64,000 nt of DNA from Escherichia coli (GTDB lineage: Bacteria; Pseudomonadota; Gammaproteobacteria; Enterobacterales; Enterobacteriaceae): assembly GCF_044647545.1 (NCBI RefSeq), contig NZ_CP172818.1; one strand, 5' to 3'. Below, piece by piece: positions 1 to 15,517 of the stretch (its first letter is position 1; each line of letters opens with the position of its first letter). Under the pieces are notes generated by a model. It was given only the letters and a program-made list of their open reading frames with translations, did no database searches and was not told the DNA's origin. Position numbers and translations under genes: made by a program.

Positions 1-1163
<1,163 letters not shown>

Positions 1164-1268
1164 TCACAACCCGAAGATGTTTCTTTCGACTCATCATCGT
1201 GTTGCGAAAATTTGAGAGACTCACGAACAACTTTCGTTGTTCAGTGTTTCAATTTTCAGCTTGATCCA

Positions 1269-1284
1269 GATTTTTAAAGAGCAA
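1269..1284 (-). promoter_or_regulatory. boxA-like antitermination element in the 16S-23S spacer
   Basis: Reverse complement reads TGCTCTTTAAAAATCT, matching the rrn spacer boxA consensus. Confidence 0.6.
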
Positions 1285-1356
1285 ATATCTCAAACATCAC
1301 CCGAAGATGAGCTTTGAGATATTAAGGCAGGTGACTTTCACTCACAAACCAGCAAG

Positions 1357-1432
1357 TGGCGTCCCCTAGGGGATTCGAACCCCTGTTACCGCCGTGAAAG
1401 GGCGGTGTCCTGGGCCTCTAGACGAAGGGGAC
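1357..1432 (-). tRNA. gltW: tRNA-Glu (UUC) in the 16S-23S spacer
   Basis: Reverse complement is GTCCCCTTCGTCTAGAGGCCCAGGACACCGCCCTTTCACGGCGGTAACAGGGGTTCGAATCCCCTAGGGGACGCCA, 76 nt, the E. coli tRNA-Glu sequence. Confidence 0.95.
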
Positions 1433-1507
1433 GTGTCGCAAGACGCCTTGCTTTTCACTTTCTATCAGACAATCTGTGTGAGCACTTCAAAGTACGCTTC
1501 TTTAAGG

Positions 1508-3049
<1,542 letters not shown>

Positions 3050-3180
3050 AAAAGTTTGATGCTCAAAGAATTAAACTTCGTAATGAATTACGTGTTCACT
3101 CTTGAGACTTGGTATTCATTTTTCGTCTTGCGACGTTAAGAATCCGTATCTTCGAGTGCCCACACAGATTGTCTGATAAA

Positions 3181-3193
3181 TTGTTAAAGAGCA
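3181..3193 (-). promoter_or_regulatory. rrn leader boxA antiterminator, downstream of the rrn P1/P2 promoter region (about 3200-3450)
   Basis: Reverse complement reads TGCTCTTTAACAA, the boxA consensus; position is upstream of the 16S 5' end. Confidence 0.7.
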
Positions 3194-3457
3194 GTGCCGC
3201 TTCGCTTTTTCTCAGCGGCGCGGGGTGTGCATAATACGCTTTCCCGCTACAGAGTCAAGCATTTATTTTTGCTTTCTCTGCCGGAGTTCTCAGGAGAACC
3301 CCGCTGACCCGGCGGCGTGCTTGCCGTTGTTCCGTGTCAGTGGTGGCGCATTATAGGGAGTTATTCCGGCCTGACAAGAGGAAAATATAAAAACTTTATC
3401 GTTCGCTCATTTTTCAGGCAAAACATCTTAAATATAGTCTTTCCCGTCTAACTTATA

Positions 3458-3490
3458 GACAAAAACGAGCCCCGAAGGGCTCGTTTTATC
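3458..3490 (-). terminator. Rho-independent terminator after clpB
   Basis: GC-rich inverted repeat AAAACGAGCCC-GAA-GGGCTCGTTTT with flanking A/T runs, immediately 3' of the clpB stop. Confidence 0.75.
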
Positions 3491-3492
3491 AT

Positions 3493-6066
3493 TTACTGGA
3501 CGGCGACAATCCGGTCTTCATTAACTTCCAGGCGAATCACTTTACCCGGAACCAATTCACCAGACAGTATTTGCTGTGCCAGCGGGTTTTCGATCTGCTG
3601 CTGAATTGCACGTTTCAGAGGACGTGCACCATAGACCGGATCGTAACCGTTCTCGCTCAGCAGTTTCAGCGCCTCGTCAGAAATGTGGATTTCATAACCA
3701 CGTTCTTCCAGACGTTTATACAGACGTTTCAACTGAATCTGCGCAATCGACGCAATGTGCTGTTCACCCAGCGGATGGAAGACCACCACTTCATCGATAC
3801 GGTTAATGAATTCCGGACGGAAGTTATGGCTTACCACACCGAGCACCAGCTCTTTCATGTGCGCATAATCCAGTTCACCGAAGCGTTCCTGAATCAAATC
3901 GGAACCGAGGTTAGAGGTCATAATGACAACCGTATTACGGAAGTCGACCGTTCTCCCCTGCCCGTCAGTCAGACGCCCATCATCCAATACCTGCAACAGA
4001 ATGTTGAAGACATCCGGATGCGCTTTTTCCACTTCATCCAGCAGGATGACGGAATACGGACGACGACGCACCGCTTCGGTCAGGTAGCCACCTTCTTCAT
4101 AACCGACATATCCCGGAGGCGCACCAACCAGACGAGACACCGAGTGTTTCTCCATAAACTCGGACATATCGATACGGACCATCGCCTCGTCGCTATCAAA
4201 CATAAAGTTCGCCAGCGCCTTACAAAGCTCAGTTTTCCCCACACCCGTTGGGCCGAGGAACAGGAATGAACCAATCGGGCGATTTGGATCCGCCAGCCCC
4301 GCACGGCTACGACGAATAGCGTTAGATACCGCATCAACCGCTTCGTTCTGACCAATAACGCGATGGTGCAGTTCTTGCTCCATACGCAGCAGTTTTTCGC
4401 GCTCGCTTTCCATCATGCGAGAAACCGGAATCCCCGTCCAACGCGCCAGCACTTCAGCAATTTCGGCATCGGTCACTTTATTACGCAACAGACGCATAGT
4501 TTTGCCTTCGAGCTGCGTTGCGGCTTCCAGTTGCTTTTCCAGTTCCGGGATTTTGCCGTATTGCAGTTCAGACATCCGCGCCAGGTCACCCACACGGCGA
4601 GCCTGTTCAATAGCGATTTTCGCCTGTTCCAGTTCCGCTTTAATGGTCTGCGTACCAGAAAGCGATGCTTTCTCTGCTTTCCACTCTTCTTCTAACTCGG
4701 AGTACTGACGTTCTTTGTCGCTCAGTTCTTCGTTGAGCATATCCAGACGTTTTTTACTGGCTTCATCAGACTCTTTCATTAACGCCTGTTGTTCCAGTTT
4801 GAGCTGGATGATACGGCGATCGAGTCGGTCGAGTTCTTCTGGTTTTGAGTCAATCTGCATACGAATGCTGGATGCTGCCTCATCGATCAGGTCGATGGCT
4901 TTATCTGGCAGCTGGCGGTCAGCAATGTAGCGATGAGACAACGTCGCCGCTGCAACAATTGCCGGGTCAGTAATTTGCACATGGTGGTGCAGCTCGTAAC
5001 GTTCTTTCAGGCCACGTAGAATCGCAATGGTATCTTCAACAGAAGGCTCGGCAACAAACACTTTCTGGAAACGACGTTCCAGCGCAGCATCTTTTTCGAT
5101 GTACTGGCGATATTCGTCAAGCGTCGTGGCACCTACGCAGTGCAATTCACCACGCGCCAGCGCCGGTTTCAGCATGTTTCCGGCGTCCATTGCGCCATCG
5201 GCTTTACCCGCGCCGACCATGGTATGTAATTCGTCGATAAACAGGATGACGTTGCCTTCCTGTTTGGCAAGATCGTTAAGTACGCCTTTTAAACGTTCTT
5301 CAAACTCACCGCGATATTTCGCCCCAGCCACCAGCGCGCCCATATCCAGCGCCAGTACGCGGCGGCCTTTCAACCCTTCGGGCACTTCGCCGTTGATAAT
5401 ACGCTGCGCCAGACCTTCAACGATGGCAGTCTTACCGACGCCTGGTTCACCAATCAGTACCGGGTTATTTTTAGTACGACGTTGCAGCACCTGAATGGTA
5501 CGGCGAATTTCTTCATCACGACCAATCACCGGATCGAGTTTACCCTGTTCGGCTCGTTCGGTAAGGTCGATGGTATATTTTTTCAAAGCCTGACGTTGGT
5601 CTTCAGCACCTTGATCGTTCACGCTTTCACCTCCACGCATTTGTTCAATCGCTTGAGTAATGTTGGCGGTGGTCGCCCCTGCTGCTTTCAGGATGTCGGC
5701 CAGCGTGCCGCGAGACTCAAGTGCCGCCAGAACGAACAGTTCTGACGAGATAAAGTTATCACCACGTTTTTGCGCCAGCTTGTCGCAAAGATTAAGAACG
5801 CGCACCAGATCCTGTGATGGCTGGACATCACCACCAGTACCTTCAACCTGCGGTAAACGATTTAATGCCTGATTGATATCTGTGCGCAACTGGCCAGCAT
5901 TTATGCCAGCGGATGTTAATAAAGGACTAACCGAACCCCCTTCCTGATTCAGCAGGGCGCTCATTAAATGAAGTGGTTCGATGAATTGGTTGTCGTGCCC
6001 GAGTGCAAGTGATTGGGCATCGGCAAGAGCAAGCTGGAATTTATTAGTAAGACGATCCAGACGCAT
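3493..6066 (-). CDS. clpB: ClpB disaggregase chaperone (AAA+ Hsp100), 857 aa
   Basis: ORF 3493-6078; translation begins [18 protein letters not shown] at the second Met; two Walker A sites ([16 protein letters not shown]). Confidence 0.97.
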
Positions 6067-6103
6067 AACTCCTCCCATAACGGATCAAAGTTGCTACTGG
6101 AGA

Positions 6104-6134
6104 TTAAATGAGGTCATCCCTCAATTATTCAAGG
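6104..6134 (-). promoter_or_regulatory. sigma-32 heat-shock promoter of clpB
   Basis: Minus-strand reading CTTGAA - 14 nt - CCTCATTTA resembles the sigma-32 -35 CTTGAA and -10 CCCCATNT consensus. Confidence 0.55.
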
Positions 6135-6195
6135 TTATTGACCAGATTAATGTGAAAAGAAAATCACGCGTACCGGATCGTCTTGATTCTTTAGG

Positions 6196-6927
6196 TTATA
6201 TCAGCCAAATGAAACTTGCCATACGACCGGTGGTCTTGTCGCGACGATAAGAGAAGAAAGTCTCATTTTCCGTATATGTACAACGGTCGCCGCCGAAAAT
6301 TTGTTCAACACCAACGCTCGCCAGACGCTGCCGGGCAAGCTGATAAATGTCCGCCAGATACTTATCACCATGCTGAATGAAAGCTGTACTCGCTTCGGCG
6401 TCTACTGCCATAAACGCCTCGCGAACCTCCGCCCCCACTTCAAACGCGCGTGGACCAATTGCCGGCCCTAACCAGGCGAGAATATTTTCTGGATTATCAG
6501 CAAAACAGGAAACTGTCTCTTCCAGCACGCCTGCGCACAGTCCACGCCAGCCAGCATGAGCGGCGGCGACTTCCGTTCCCGCTCGATTGCAAAACAGCAC
6601 AGGGAGGCAGTCGGCAGTCATCACTGCGCAAACCGTGCCGGGCGTATTGCTATAAGAGGCATCTGCTCGTTTTGAGGCATAAGGTTCGCCAGTAAGCTTA
6701 AGCACATCTTTGCCGTGTACCTGCTCAAGCCAGACCGGTTTAGAAGGCAAATTGCCCGCAGCAAAAAGTCGCTTGCGATTCTCCTCAACGTGATCCGGGT
6801 TATCGCCACAATGGGCACCGAGGTTGAGCGAGTCATACGGGGGCAAGCTCACGCCGCCGATACGAGTAGAGCTACAGGCCGCAACACCTTTTGGCAGCGG
6901 CCACTGCGGGACAATCAGCTTACTCAT
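6196..6927 (-). CDS. yfiH: YfiH/PgeF family purine nucleoside phosphorylase / polyphenol oxidase-like protein, 243 aa
   Basis: ORF track; conserved position between clpB and rluD; overlaps rluD stop by 4 nt. Confidence 0.9.
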   Translation of the reverse strand: MSKLIVPQWPLPKGVAACSSTRIGGVSLPPYDSLNLGAHCGDNPDHVEENRKRLFAAGNLPSKPVWLEQVHGKDVLKLTGEPYASKRADASYSNTPGTVCAVMTADCLPVLFCNRAGTEVAAAHAGWRGLCAGVLEETVSCFADNPENILAWLGPAIGPRAFEVGAEVREAFMAVDAEASTAFIQHGDKYLADIYQLARQRLASVGVEQIFGGDRCTYTENETFFSYRRDKTTGRMASFIWLI

Positions 6928-7904
6928 AACCAGTCCACTTCATCTTTATGCTCTTCGAAATCGGCGCGCATCACCTCAATCAGCTCCACCATATCTTGTG
7001 GAATAGGCGCATGCCATTCCATTTCGATACCGGAGATCGGGTGATAAAGACGCAGCATGGTTGCATGAAGCGCCTGGCGGTCAAATTTACGCAGCGTGGA
7101 GATAAACGCTTCCGAAGCACCTTTTGGCGGACGCGGACGGCCACCATAAACCGGATCGCCCACCAGCGGATGAGTGATATGGGCCATATGCACGCGGATC
7201 TGGTGCGTACGTCCAGTTTCCAGACGCAACCGCAGACGCGTGTGCACACGGAAGTGTTCCATGATGCGATAGTGAGTCACCGCTGGTTTGCCCATCGGAT
7301 GCACCGCCATATGGGTACGTTTGGTCGGGTGGCGGCTGATTGGTTCATCTACTGTACCGCCAGCGGTCATATGACCAATTGCCACCGCTTCATACTCACG
7401 AGTCATTTCACGCCTTTGCAAAGATTCGACTAAACGCGTCTGAGCCGGAACGGTTTTTGCCACAACCATCAGGCCAGTGGTGTCTTTATCCAGACGATGG
7501 ACGATGCCTGCACGCGGTACATCGGCAATGGGCGGATAATAATGAAGCAATGCATTCAGTACCGTGCCATCCGGGTTACCCGCGCCAGGATGTACCACCA
7601 GGTCGCGCGGTTTATTAATGACGATGATATCGTCATCTTCATAGACGATATCCAGCGGGATATCCTGCGGTTCAAAACGCGCTTCTTCTTCAATCTCAGC
7701 GTTGATGGCCACCTGCTCGCCACCCAATACTTTTTCTTTCGGCTTATCACAAACTTTGCCGTTAACCAGCACGCGCTGGTCGAGGATCCATTCTTTTATC
7801 CGCGAACGTGAATAATCCGGGAACATTTCGGCCAAAGCCTGATCTAAGCGTTGACCGAGTTGGTTTTCGGACACCGTTGCAGTGAGCTGTACTCGTTGTG
7901 CCAT
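6924..7904 (-). CDS. rluD: 23S rRNA pseudouridine synthase RluD, 326 aa
   Basis: ORF track; translation MAQRVQLTATVSE...; S4 domain plus pseudouridine synthase core (HRLDKDTTGL motif). Confidence 0.95.
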   Translation of the reverse strand: MAQRVQLTATVSENQLGQRLDQALAEMFPDYSRSRIKEWILDQRVLVNGKVCDKPKEKVLGGEQVAINAEIEEEARFEPQDIPLDIVYEDDDIIVINKPRDLVVHPGAGNPDGTVLNALLHYYPPIADVPRAGIVHRLDKDTTGLMVVAKTVPAQTRLVESLQRREMTREYEAVAIGHMTAGGTVDEPISRHPTKRTHMAVHPMGKPAVTHYRIMEHFRVHTRLRLRLETGRTHQIRVHMAHITHPLVGDPVYGGRPRPPKGASEAFISTLRKFDRQALHATMLRLYHPISGIEMEWHAPIPQDMVELIEVMRADFEEHKDEVDWL

Positions 7905-8038
7905 ATATACTGCTTCTTCGTTTATCGTTGGGGTTTTACGGCTTTGCCGTTTAATATAGTGTGCTATTGTAGCTGGTCTTAACCGGGAGCAGGAACAGAG
8001 AATCTCCCGTATTACATTTTGAGGAAAGTCAAAACGTC

Positions 8039-8776
8039 ATGACGCGCATGAAATATCTGGTGGCAGCCGCCACACTAAGCCTGTTTTTGGCGGGTTGCTC
8101 GGGGTCAAAGGAAGAAGTACCTGATAATCCGCCAAATGAAATTTACGCGACTGCACAACAAAAGCTGCAGGACGGTAACTGGAGACAGGCAATAACGCAA
8201 CTGGAAGCGTTAGATAATCGCTATCCGTTTGGTCCGTATTCGCAGCAGGTGCAGCTGGATCTCATCTACGCCTACTATAAAAACGCCGATCTGCCGTTAG
8301 CACAGGCTGCCATCGATCGTTTTATTCGCCTCAACCCGACCCATCCGAATATCGATTATGTCATGTACATGCGTGGCCTGACCAATATGGCGCTGGATGA
8401 CAGTGCGCTGCAAGGGTTCTTTGGCGTTGACCGTAGCGATCGCGATCCTCAACATGCTCGAGCTGCGTTTAGTGACTTTTCCAAACTGGTGCGCGGCTAT
8501 CCAAACAGCCAATACACCACTGATGCAACCAAACGTCTGGTGTTCCTGAAAGATCGTCTGGCGAAATATGAATACTCCGTTGCAGAGTACTACACCGAAC
8601 GTGGCGCATGGGTTGCCGTCGTCAACCGCGTCGAAGGCATGCTGCGTGACTACCCGGATACCCAAGCTACGCGTGATGCGCTGCCGCTGATGGAAAATGC
8701 TTACCGCCAGATGCAGATGAACGCTCAGGCTGAAAAAGTCGCAAAAATTATTGCCGCTAACAGCAGCAACACTTAA
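8039..8776 (+). CDS. bamD: Outer membrane assembly lipoprotein BamD, 245 aa
   Basis: ORF track; lipoprotein signal peptide [22 protein letters not shown]; divergent from rluD. Confidence 0.95.
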
Positions 8777-8792
8777 CAGGTGTTATAAACGC

Positions 8793-8826
8793 AAAACGGC
8801 AGCCCTTGAGCTGCCGTTTTTTTATT
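8793..8826 (+). terminator. Rho-independent terminator after bamD
   Basis: AAACGGCAGCCCTTGAGCTGCCGTTTTTTTATT hairpin plus T-tract. Confidence 0.8.
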
Positions 8827-8992
8827 CTGTTAGTTGTGAAACTGAAGCGATTTAGTCACTATCGATCTCATCAAATATGGCTCGCTTTGAGATATTCCTC
8901 AAGTAAAAAAACACCTCTTCCTGCGATTTCTCACAAAAAAGATTCGTTGACAAAAAGTGACAAAATTATGAGATTTCCATCACACATTTTGA

Positions 8993-9388
<396 letters not shown>

Positions 9389-9412
9389 TCCTTTATATTG
9401 AGTGTATCGCCA

Positions 9413-9436
9413 ACGCGCCTTCGGGCGCGTTTTTTG
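9413..9436 (+). terminator. Rho-independent terminator after raiA
   Basis: ACGCGCCTTCGGGCGCGTTTTTT hairpin plus T-tract. Confidence 0.8.
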
Positions 9437-9491
9437 TTGACAGCGTGAAAACAGTACGGGTACTGTACTAAAGTCACTTAAGGAAACAAAC

Positions 9492-9539
9492 ATGAAACAC
9501 ACACCGTTTTTCTTCGCATTCTTTTTTACCTTCCCCTGA
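9492..9539 (+). CDS. pheL: pheA leader peptide (Phe-rich, 15 aa)
   Basis: ATG at 9492 encodes MKHTPFFFAFFFTFP-stop, with 7 Phe codons; preceded by AGGA RBS. Confidence 0.9.
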   Translation: MKHTPFFFAFFFTFP

Positions 9540-9586
9540 ATGGGAGGCGTTTCGTCGTGTGAAACAGAATGCGAAGACGAACAATA

Positions 9587-9616
9587 AGGCCTCCCAAATC
9601 GGGGGGCCTTTTTTAT
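9587..9616 (+). terminator. pheA attenuator terminator
   Basis: AAGGCCTCCCAAATCGGGGGGCCTTTTTTATT hairpin plus U-tract between pheL and pheA. Confidence 0.85.
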
Positions 9617-9637
9617 TGATAACAAAAAGGCAACACT

Positions 9638-10798
9638 ATGACATCGGAAAACCCGTTACTGGCGCTGCGAGAGAAAATCAGCGCGCTGGATGAAAAATTA
9701 TTAGCATTACTGGCAGAGCGACGCGAACTGGCCGTCGAGGTGGGAAAAGCCAAACTGCTCTCGCATCGCCCGGTACGTGATATTGATCGTGAACGCGATT
9801 TGCTGGAAAGATTAATTACGCTCGGTAAAGCGCACCATCTGGACGCCCATTACATTACTCGCCTGTTCCAGCTCATCATTGAAGATTCCGTATTAACTCA
9901 GCAGGCTTTGCTCCAGCAACATCTCAATAAAATTAATCCGCACTCAGCACGCATCGCTTTTCTCGGCCCCAAAGGTTCTTATTCCCATCTTGCGGCGCGC
10001 CAGTATGCTGCCCGTCACTTTGAGCAATTCATTGAAAGTGGCTGCGCCAAATTTGCCGATATTTTTAATCAGGTGGAAACCGGCCAGGCCGACTATGCCG
10101 TCGTACCGATTGAAAATACCAGCTCCGGTGCCATAAATGACGTTTACGATCTGCTGCAACATACCAGTTTGTCGATTGTTGGCGAGATGACGTTAACTAT
10201 CGACCATTGTTTGTTGGTCTCCGGCACTACTGATTTATCCACCATCAATACGGTCTACAGCCATCCGCAGCCATTCCAGCAATGCAGCAAATTCCTTAAT
10301 CGTTATCCGCAATGGAAGATTGAATATACCGAAAGTACGTCTGCGGCAATGGAAAAGGTTGCACAGGCAAAATCACCGCATGTTGCTGCGTTGGGAAGCG
10401 AAGCTGGCGGCACTTTGTACGGTTTGCAGGTACTGGAGCGTATTGAAGCGAATCAGCGACAAAACTTCACCCGATTTGTGGTGTTGGCACGTAAAGCCAT
10501 TAACGTGTCTGACCAGGTTCCAGCGAAAACGACGTTGTTAATGGCGACCGGGCAACAAGCTGGTGCGCTGGTTGAAGCGTTGCTGGTACTGCGCAACCAC
10601 AATCTGATTATGACCCGTCTGGAGTCACGCCCGATTCACGGTAATCCATGGGAAGAGATGTTTTATCTGGATATTCAGGCCAATCTTGAATCAGCGGAAA
10701 TGCAAAAAGCATTGAAAGAGTTAGGGGACATCACCCGTTCGATGAAGGTATTGGGCTGTTACCCAAGTGAGAACGTAGTGCCTGTTGATCCAACCTGA
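9638..10798 (+). CDS. pheA: Chorismate mutase / prephenate dehydratase (P-protein), 386 aa
   Basis: ORF track; translation [32 protein letters not shown]... Confidence 0.97.
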   Translation: MTSENPLLALREKISALDEKLLALLAERRELAVEVGKAKLLSHRPVRDIDRERDLLERLITLGKAHHLDAHYITRLFQLIIEDSVLTQQALLQQHLNKINPHSARIAFLGPKGSYSHLAARQYAARHFEQFIESGCAKFADIFNQVETGQADYAVVPIENTSSGAINDVYDLLQHTSLSIVGEMTLTIDHCLLVSGTTDLSTINTVYSHPQPFQQCSKFLNRYPQWKIEYTESTSAAMEKVAQAKSPHVAALGSEAGGTLYGLQVLERIEANQRQNFTRFVVLARKAINVSDQVPAKTTLLMATGQQAGALVEALLVLRNHNLIMTRLESRPIHGNPWEEMFYLDIQANLESAEMQKALKELGDITRSMKVLGCYPSENVVPVDPT

Positions 10799-10803
10799 TG
10801 AAA

Positions 10804-10834
10804 AGGTGCCGGATGATGTGAATCACCCGGCACT
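10804..10834. terminator. Bidirectional terminator between convergent pheA and tyrA
   Basis: Inverted repeat GGTGCCGG...CCGGCACT between the two stop codons. Confidence 0.6.
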
Positions 10835-10840
10835 GGATTA

Positions 10841-11962
10841 TTAGTGACGGTTGTCATTCGCCTGACGCAATAACACGCGGCTTTCACTCTGAAAACGCTG
10901 TGCGTAATCGCCGAACCAGTGCTCCACCTTGCGGAAACTGTCAATAAACGCCTGCTTATCGCCCTGCTCCAGCAACTCAATCGCCTCGCCGAAACGCTTA
11001 TAGTAACGTTTGATTAACGCCAGATTACGCTCTGACGACATAATAATGTCGGCATAAAGCTGCGGATCCTGAGCAAACAGTCGCCCAACCATCGCCAGTT
11101 CAAGGCGGTAAATCGGCGAAGAGAGCGCCAGAAGTTGCTCAAGCTGAACATTTTCTTCTGCCAGGTGCAGCCCATAAGCAAAAGTAGCAAAGTGGCGCAG
11201 AGCCTGAATAAACGCCATATTCTGATCGTGCTCGACAGCGCTAATACGATGCAGCCGAGCGCCCCAGACCTGAATTTGCTCCAGAAACCATTGGTATGCT
11301 TCCGGCTTACGTCCATCACACCAGACCACAACTTGCTTTGCCAGGCTACCGCTGTCCGGGCCGAACATCGGGTGTACCCCCAGCACCGGACCATCATGCG
11401 CCGCCAGCATGGCCTGTAATGGTCCATTTTTCACCGATGCCAGATCGACCAGAATACAATCTTTCGGTAAAGGCGGTAATTTGCCGATAACTTGCTCAGT
11501 AACGTGGATTGGCACACTAACAATCACCATTCCGGCATCGGCAACAATATCAGCCGCTCGATCCCAGTCATGTTGCTCCAGAATCCGCACCTGATAACCC
11601 GATAGTGTCAGCATCTTCTCGAACAGGCGTCCCATCTGACCGCCACCGCCGACGATAACCACCGGACGCAGTGACGGACAAAGCGTTTTAAATCCTTTGT
11701 CGTTTTCACTGGAGTAAGATTCACGCATCACCCGACGCAAAACATCCTCAATCAGATCTGGCGGTACACCCAGAGCTTCCGCCTCTGCACGCCGCGAGGC
11801 CAGCATAGATGCCTCGCGCTCCGGAACATAAATAGGCAGTCCAAAGCGGCTTTTCACCTCGCCAACTTCAGCAACCAGTTCCAGACGCTTCGCTAATAAA
11901 TTCAGCAGCGCTTTATCGACTTCATCAATTTGATCGCGTAATGCGGTCAATTCAGCAACCAT
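10841..11962 (-). CDS. tyrA: Chorismate mutase / prephenate dehydrogenase (T-protein), 373 aa
   Basis: ORF track; translation [30 protein letters not shown]... Confidence 0.97.
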   Translation of the reverse strand: MVAELTALRDQIDEVDKALLNLLAKRLELVAEVGEVKSRFGLPIYVPEREASMLASRRAEAEALGVPPDLIEDVLRRVMRESYSSENDKGFKTLCPSLRPVVIVGGGGQMGRLFEKMLTLSGYQVRILEQHDWDRAADIVADAGMVIVSVPIHVTEQVIGKLPPLPKDCILVDLASVKNGPLQAMLAAHDGPVLGVHPMFGPDSGSLAKQVVVWCDGRKPEAYQWFLEQIQVWGARLHRISAVEHDQNMAFIQALRHFATFAYGLHLAEENVQLEQLLALSSPIYRLELAMVGRLFAQDPQLYADIIMSSERNLALIKRYYKRFGEAIELLEQGDKQAFIDSFRKVEHWFGDYAQRFQSESRVLLRQANDNRH

Positions 11963-11972
11963 AATAAACCTC

Positions 11973-13043
11973 TTAAGCCACGCGAGCCGTCAGCTGCCCG
12001 TTCAGATCCTGATGAATTTCACGCAGCAAGGCATCGGTCATTTCCCAACTAATGCAGGCATCGGTGACGGATACACCGTATTTCATTTCACTGCGCGGTT
12101 GCTCGGAAGACTGATTGCCCTCGTGGATATTACTTTCAATCATCAGACCAATAATTGAGCGATTGCCATCTTTGATTTGAGCAACCACGGATTCTGCCAC
12201 CGCAGGCTGACGGCGATAATCTTTATTGGAATTACCGTGGCTGCAATCTACCATCAGAGACGGGCGCAGTCCCGCCTGTTCCATCTCTTTTTCACATTGC
12301 GCAACATCCGCAGGGCTATAGTTCGGCGCTTTACCACCGCGCAGGATCACATGCCCGTCCGGATTCCCCTGAGTTTGTAGCAACGCCACCTGCCCTGCCT
12401 GGTTAATGCCAACAAAACGGTGCGGCTGGGCGGCGGCACGCATAGCGTTAATAGCCGTTGCAAGGCTGCCGTCGGTGCCGTTTTTAAAACCAACCGGCAT
12501 GGAAAGCCCGGAGGCCATTTCACGGTGTGTTTGCGATTCCGTTGTACGAGCACCAATTGCTGACCAGCTAAACAGATCGCCCAGGTATTGCGGGCTATTC
12601 GGATCTAACGCTTCCGTCGCCAGTGGCAGTCCCATATTCACCAGCTCAAGCAGCAATTTACGCGCGATCTGCAGCCCGGCTTCTACATCAAAAGAGCCAT
12701 CCATATGGGGATCGTTAATCAACCCTTTCCAACCGACAGTGGTACGGGGTTTTTCAAAATAGACGCGCATTACCAGATAGAGGCTATCGCTGACCTCTGC
12801 GGCAAGGGCTTTAAATCGACGAGCATATTCCAGAGCAGTTTCCGGATCATGAATGGAACAAGGACCACAGACTACCAACAGACGAGGATCGCGCCCGGCG
12901 ATAATATCTGAAATGGTTTTACGCGAGTCAGCAATCTGGGCTTCCTGTTGCAGGCTTAATGGAAAAGCGGCCTTCAGTTGTTCCGGAGTCATTAAAACTT
13001 GTTCGTCGGTAATATGTACGTTATTCAGCGCGTCTTTTTGCAT
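11973..13043 (-). CDS. aroF: DAHP synthase, Tyr-sensitive, 356 aa
   Basis: ORF 11973-13112; start taken at the internal Met giving [24 protein letters not shown]... Confidence 0.93.
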   Translation of the reverse strand: MQKDALNNVHITDEQVLMTPEQLKAAFPLSLQQEAQIADSRKTISDIIAGRDPRLLVVCGPCSIHDPETALEYARRFKALAAEVSDSLYLVMRVYFEKPRTTVGWKGLINDPHMDGSFDVEAGLQIARKLLLELVNMGLPLATEALDPNSPQYLGDLFSWSAIGARTTESQTHREMASGLSMPVGFKNGTDGSLATAINAMRAAAQPHRFVGINQAGQVALLQTQGNPDGHVILRGGKAPNYSPADVAQCEKEMEQAGLRPSLMVDCSHGNSNKDYRRQPAVAESVVAQIKDGNRSIIGLMIESNIHEGNQSSEQPRSEMKYGVSVTDACISWEMTDALLREIHQDLNGQLTARVA

Positions 13044-13189
13044 GATGGCGATCCTGTTTATGCTCGTTTGCGATAGTTGATCCTCAGCGAGGATGACGTA
13101 ACGATAACACATAAAGTAAAGTTTTCAATCCATATTTCGTACATTTTTCTTTACACAAGCAATTTATTCGCGCTTTTAACCCTTGTTTA

Positions 13190-13207
13190 TGTATAAATAA
13201 ATTTACA
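13190..13207. promoter_or_regulatory. TyrR box in the aroF promoter region
   Basis: TGTATAAATAAATTTACA matches the palindromic TyrR box TGTAAA-N6-TTTACA in the half-site positions. Confidence 0.6.
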
Positions 13208-13252
13208 CCACCTTTGAAAACAATCCGCTATGCTTTGAAAAAGGAGAAAGAA

Positions 13253-13618
13253 ATGATGAAAAAGTTTATTGCCCCCTTGTTGGCTTTACTGGTTAGCGGA
13301 TGTCAGATTGATCCTTATACTCACGCGCCAACCTTGACCAGCACCGACTGGTATGATGTCGGTATGGAAGATGCGATATCGGGCAGCACCATAAAAGATG
13401 ACGATGCATTTAGCGATTCACAGGCGGATCGCGGTCTATACCTTAAAGGATATGCCGAAGGACAAAAGAAAACTTGCCAGACCGATTTTACTTATGCCCG
13501 GGGACTTTCCGGTAAAAGCTTTCCTGCCAGCTGCAACAATGTTGAAAATGCCAGCCAACTGCATGAAGTATGGCAAAAAGGGGCTGATGAAAATGCCAGC
13601 ACAATACGATTAAATTAA
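13253..13618 (+). CDS. yfiL: Lipoprotein YfiL, 121 aa
   Basis: ORF 13214-13618; start taken at ATG 13253, 6 nt after AAGGAG; lipobox LVSGC. Confidence 0.8.
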   Translation: MMKKFIAPLLALLVSGCQIDPYTHAPTLTSTDWYDVGMEDAISGSTIKDDDAFSDSQADRGLYLKGYAEGQKKTCQTDFTYARGLSGKSFPASCNNVENASQLHEVWQKGADENASTIRLN

Positions 13619-13767
13619 TTAAACCCCCACAAATAAATTAAACATGAGATTCTACTCATTGTGTTTTATTTCTCACATTGATGACGACCGCATGAAAGAA
13701 TGATATTTTAATGAGCATTCTGAAAAAATATCGATGCATTTCGAGCGAAGATGGTGAGGATCCCTGA

Positions 13768-14286
13768 ATGCGTTTTTCTCACCGACTGTTCTTACTGCTG
13801 ATTCTCCTGCTGACGGGAGCACCAATACTCGCTCAGGAACCTTCTGACGTTGCGAAAAACGTGCGTATGATGGTTTCCGGTATTGTCAGTTACACCCGCT
13901 GGCCTGCGCTATCAGGGCCACCAAAGTTATGTATCTTTTCATCTTCACATTTTAGTAACGCCCTACAAGAGAATGGCACGACATCTTTGCCTTATCTACC
14001 TGTCATCATTCACACTCAACAAGAGGCGATGATTTCAGGCTGCAATGGTTTTTATTTTGGCAACGAGTCACCGACATTCCAGATGGAATTAACCGAACAA
14101 TATCCGTCAAAGGCGTTATTATTAATTGCCGAACAAAATACCGAGTGCATTATTGGTAGCGCCTTTTGTCTAATCATCCACAATAATGACGTCAGATTTG
14201 CCGTAAACCTGGATGCCTTATCGCGTAGCGGTGTAAAGGTCAACCCGGATGTCTTAATGCTCGCACGGAAGAAAAATGATGGATAA
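13768..14286 (+). CDS. yfiR: Periplasmic repressor of diguanylate cyclase DgcN, 172 aa
   Basis: ORF track; signal peptide; stop overlaps dgcN start. Confidence 0.9.
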   Translation: MRFSHRLFLLLILLLTGAPILAQEPSDVAKNVRMMVSGIVSYTRWPALSGPPKLCIFSSSHFSNALQENGTTSLPYLPVIIHTQQEAMISGCNGFYFGNESPTFQMELTEQYPSKALLLIAEQNTECIIGSAFCLIIHNNDVRFAVNLDALSRSGVKVNPDVLMLARKKNDG

Positions 14287-15502
14287 CGATAATTCTCTTC
14301 ATAAGCGCCCCACGTTTAAAAGAGCATTACGCAACATCAGCATGACCAGCATATTTATCACTATGATGCTGATCTGGCTGCTGCTTTCCGTGACGTCAGT
14401 GCTAACCCTGAAACAGTACGCGCAAAAAAACCTGGCACTGACAGCAGCAACAATGACTTACAGTCTGGAAGCAGCTGTCGTTTTTGCCGATGGCCCTGCA
14501 GCAACTGAAACACTGGCAGCGCTGGGGCAGCAAGGCCAATTTTCAACTGCAGAAGTGCGTGATAAGCAGCAAAATATTCTGGCATCCTGGCATTACACCC
14601 ATAAGGAACCAGGCGATACTTTCAGCAATTTCATAAGCCACTGGCTCTTCCCTGCCCCCATCATTCAGCCGATTCGTCACAATGGTGAAACCATTGGCGA
14701 AGTACGCTTAACTGCTCGCGACAGTTCAATCAGCCATTTTATCTGGTTTTCGCTCGCTGTCCTGACCGGTTGTATTCTGCTGGCATCAGGCATCGCAATT
14801 ACCCTCACCCGCCATTTGCACAATGGCCTGGTTGAAGCGTTAAAAAACATCACCGATGTCGTACATGATGTGCGTTCCAACCGCAATTTTTCCCGACGAG
14901 TTTCGGAAGAACGTATCGCAGAGTTTCACCGCTTCGCTCTCGACTTCAACAGTCTGCTGGATGAAATGGAAGAGTGGCAGCTTCGTTTACAGGCCAAAAA
15001 TGCGCAGCTTCTACGTACCGCGCTACATGACCCATTAACCGGGCTGGCTAACCGCGCAGCGTTTCGTAGCGGCATCAACACGTTGATGAACAATTCCGAT
15101 GCCCGAAAAACGTCGGCGTTACTATTTCTTGATGGCGATAATTTCAAATATATCAATGATACCTGGGGTCATGCGACGGGCGATAGAGTCTTGATTGAAA
15201 TAGCAAAACGGTTAACTGAATTTGGCGGGCTGCGACATAAAGCATACCGACTGGGCGGCGATGAATTCGCTATGGTGCTCTATGATGTACAATCGGAATC
15301 TGAAGTGCAGCAGATATGCTCAGCACTGACACAAATTTTTAATCTCCCGTTTGATCTTCATAATGGCCATCAGACTACCATGACATTAAGCATTGGTTAC
15401 GCGATGACCATTGAGCACGCCTCTGCGGAAAATTTACAAGAGCTTGCCGATCACAATATGTATCAGGCCAAACACCAGCGTGCCGAAAAGCTGGTGAGAT
15501 AA
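14276..15502 (+). CDS. dgcN: Diguanylate cyclase DgcN (YfiN), membrane-bound GGDEF protein, 408 aa
   Basis: ORF track; two TM segments and a GGDEF domain with the active-site variant RLGGDEF. Confidence 0.93.
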   Translation: MMDNDNSLHKRPTFKRALRNISMTSIFITMMLIWLLLSVTSVLTLKQYAQKNLALTAATMTYSLEAAVVFADGPAATETLAALGQQGQFSTAEVRDKQQNILASWHYTHKEPGDTFSNFISHWLFPAPIIQPIRHNGETIGEVRLTARDSSISHFIWFSLAVLTGCILLASGIAITLTRHLHNGLVEALKNITDVVHDVRSNRNFSRRVSEERIAEFHRFALDFNSLLDEMEEWQLRLQAKNAQLLRTALHDPLTGLANRAAFRSGINTLMNNSDARKTSALLFLDGDNFKYINDTWGHATGDRVLIEIAKRLTEFGGLRHKAYRLGGDEFAMVLYDVQSESEVQQICSALTQIFNLPFDLHNGHQTTMTLSIGYAMTIEHASAENLQELADHNMYQAKHQRAEKLVR

Positions 15503-15517
15503 CAAGGATATATCGAT

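Noticed and set aside
3571-5872. Plus-strand ORFs of 70-232 aa antisense to clpB
   Set aside because: They are fully embedded antisense to a highly conserved CDS, with no RBS support and compositional bias typical of the mirror frame of a GC-rich gene.
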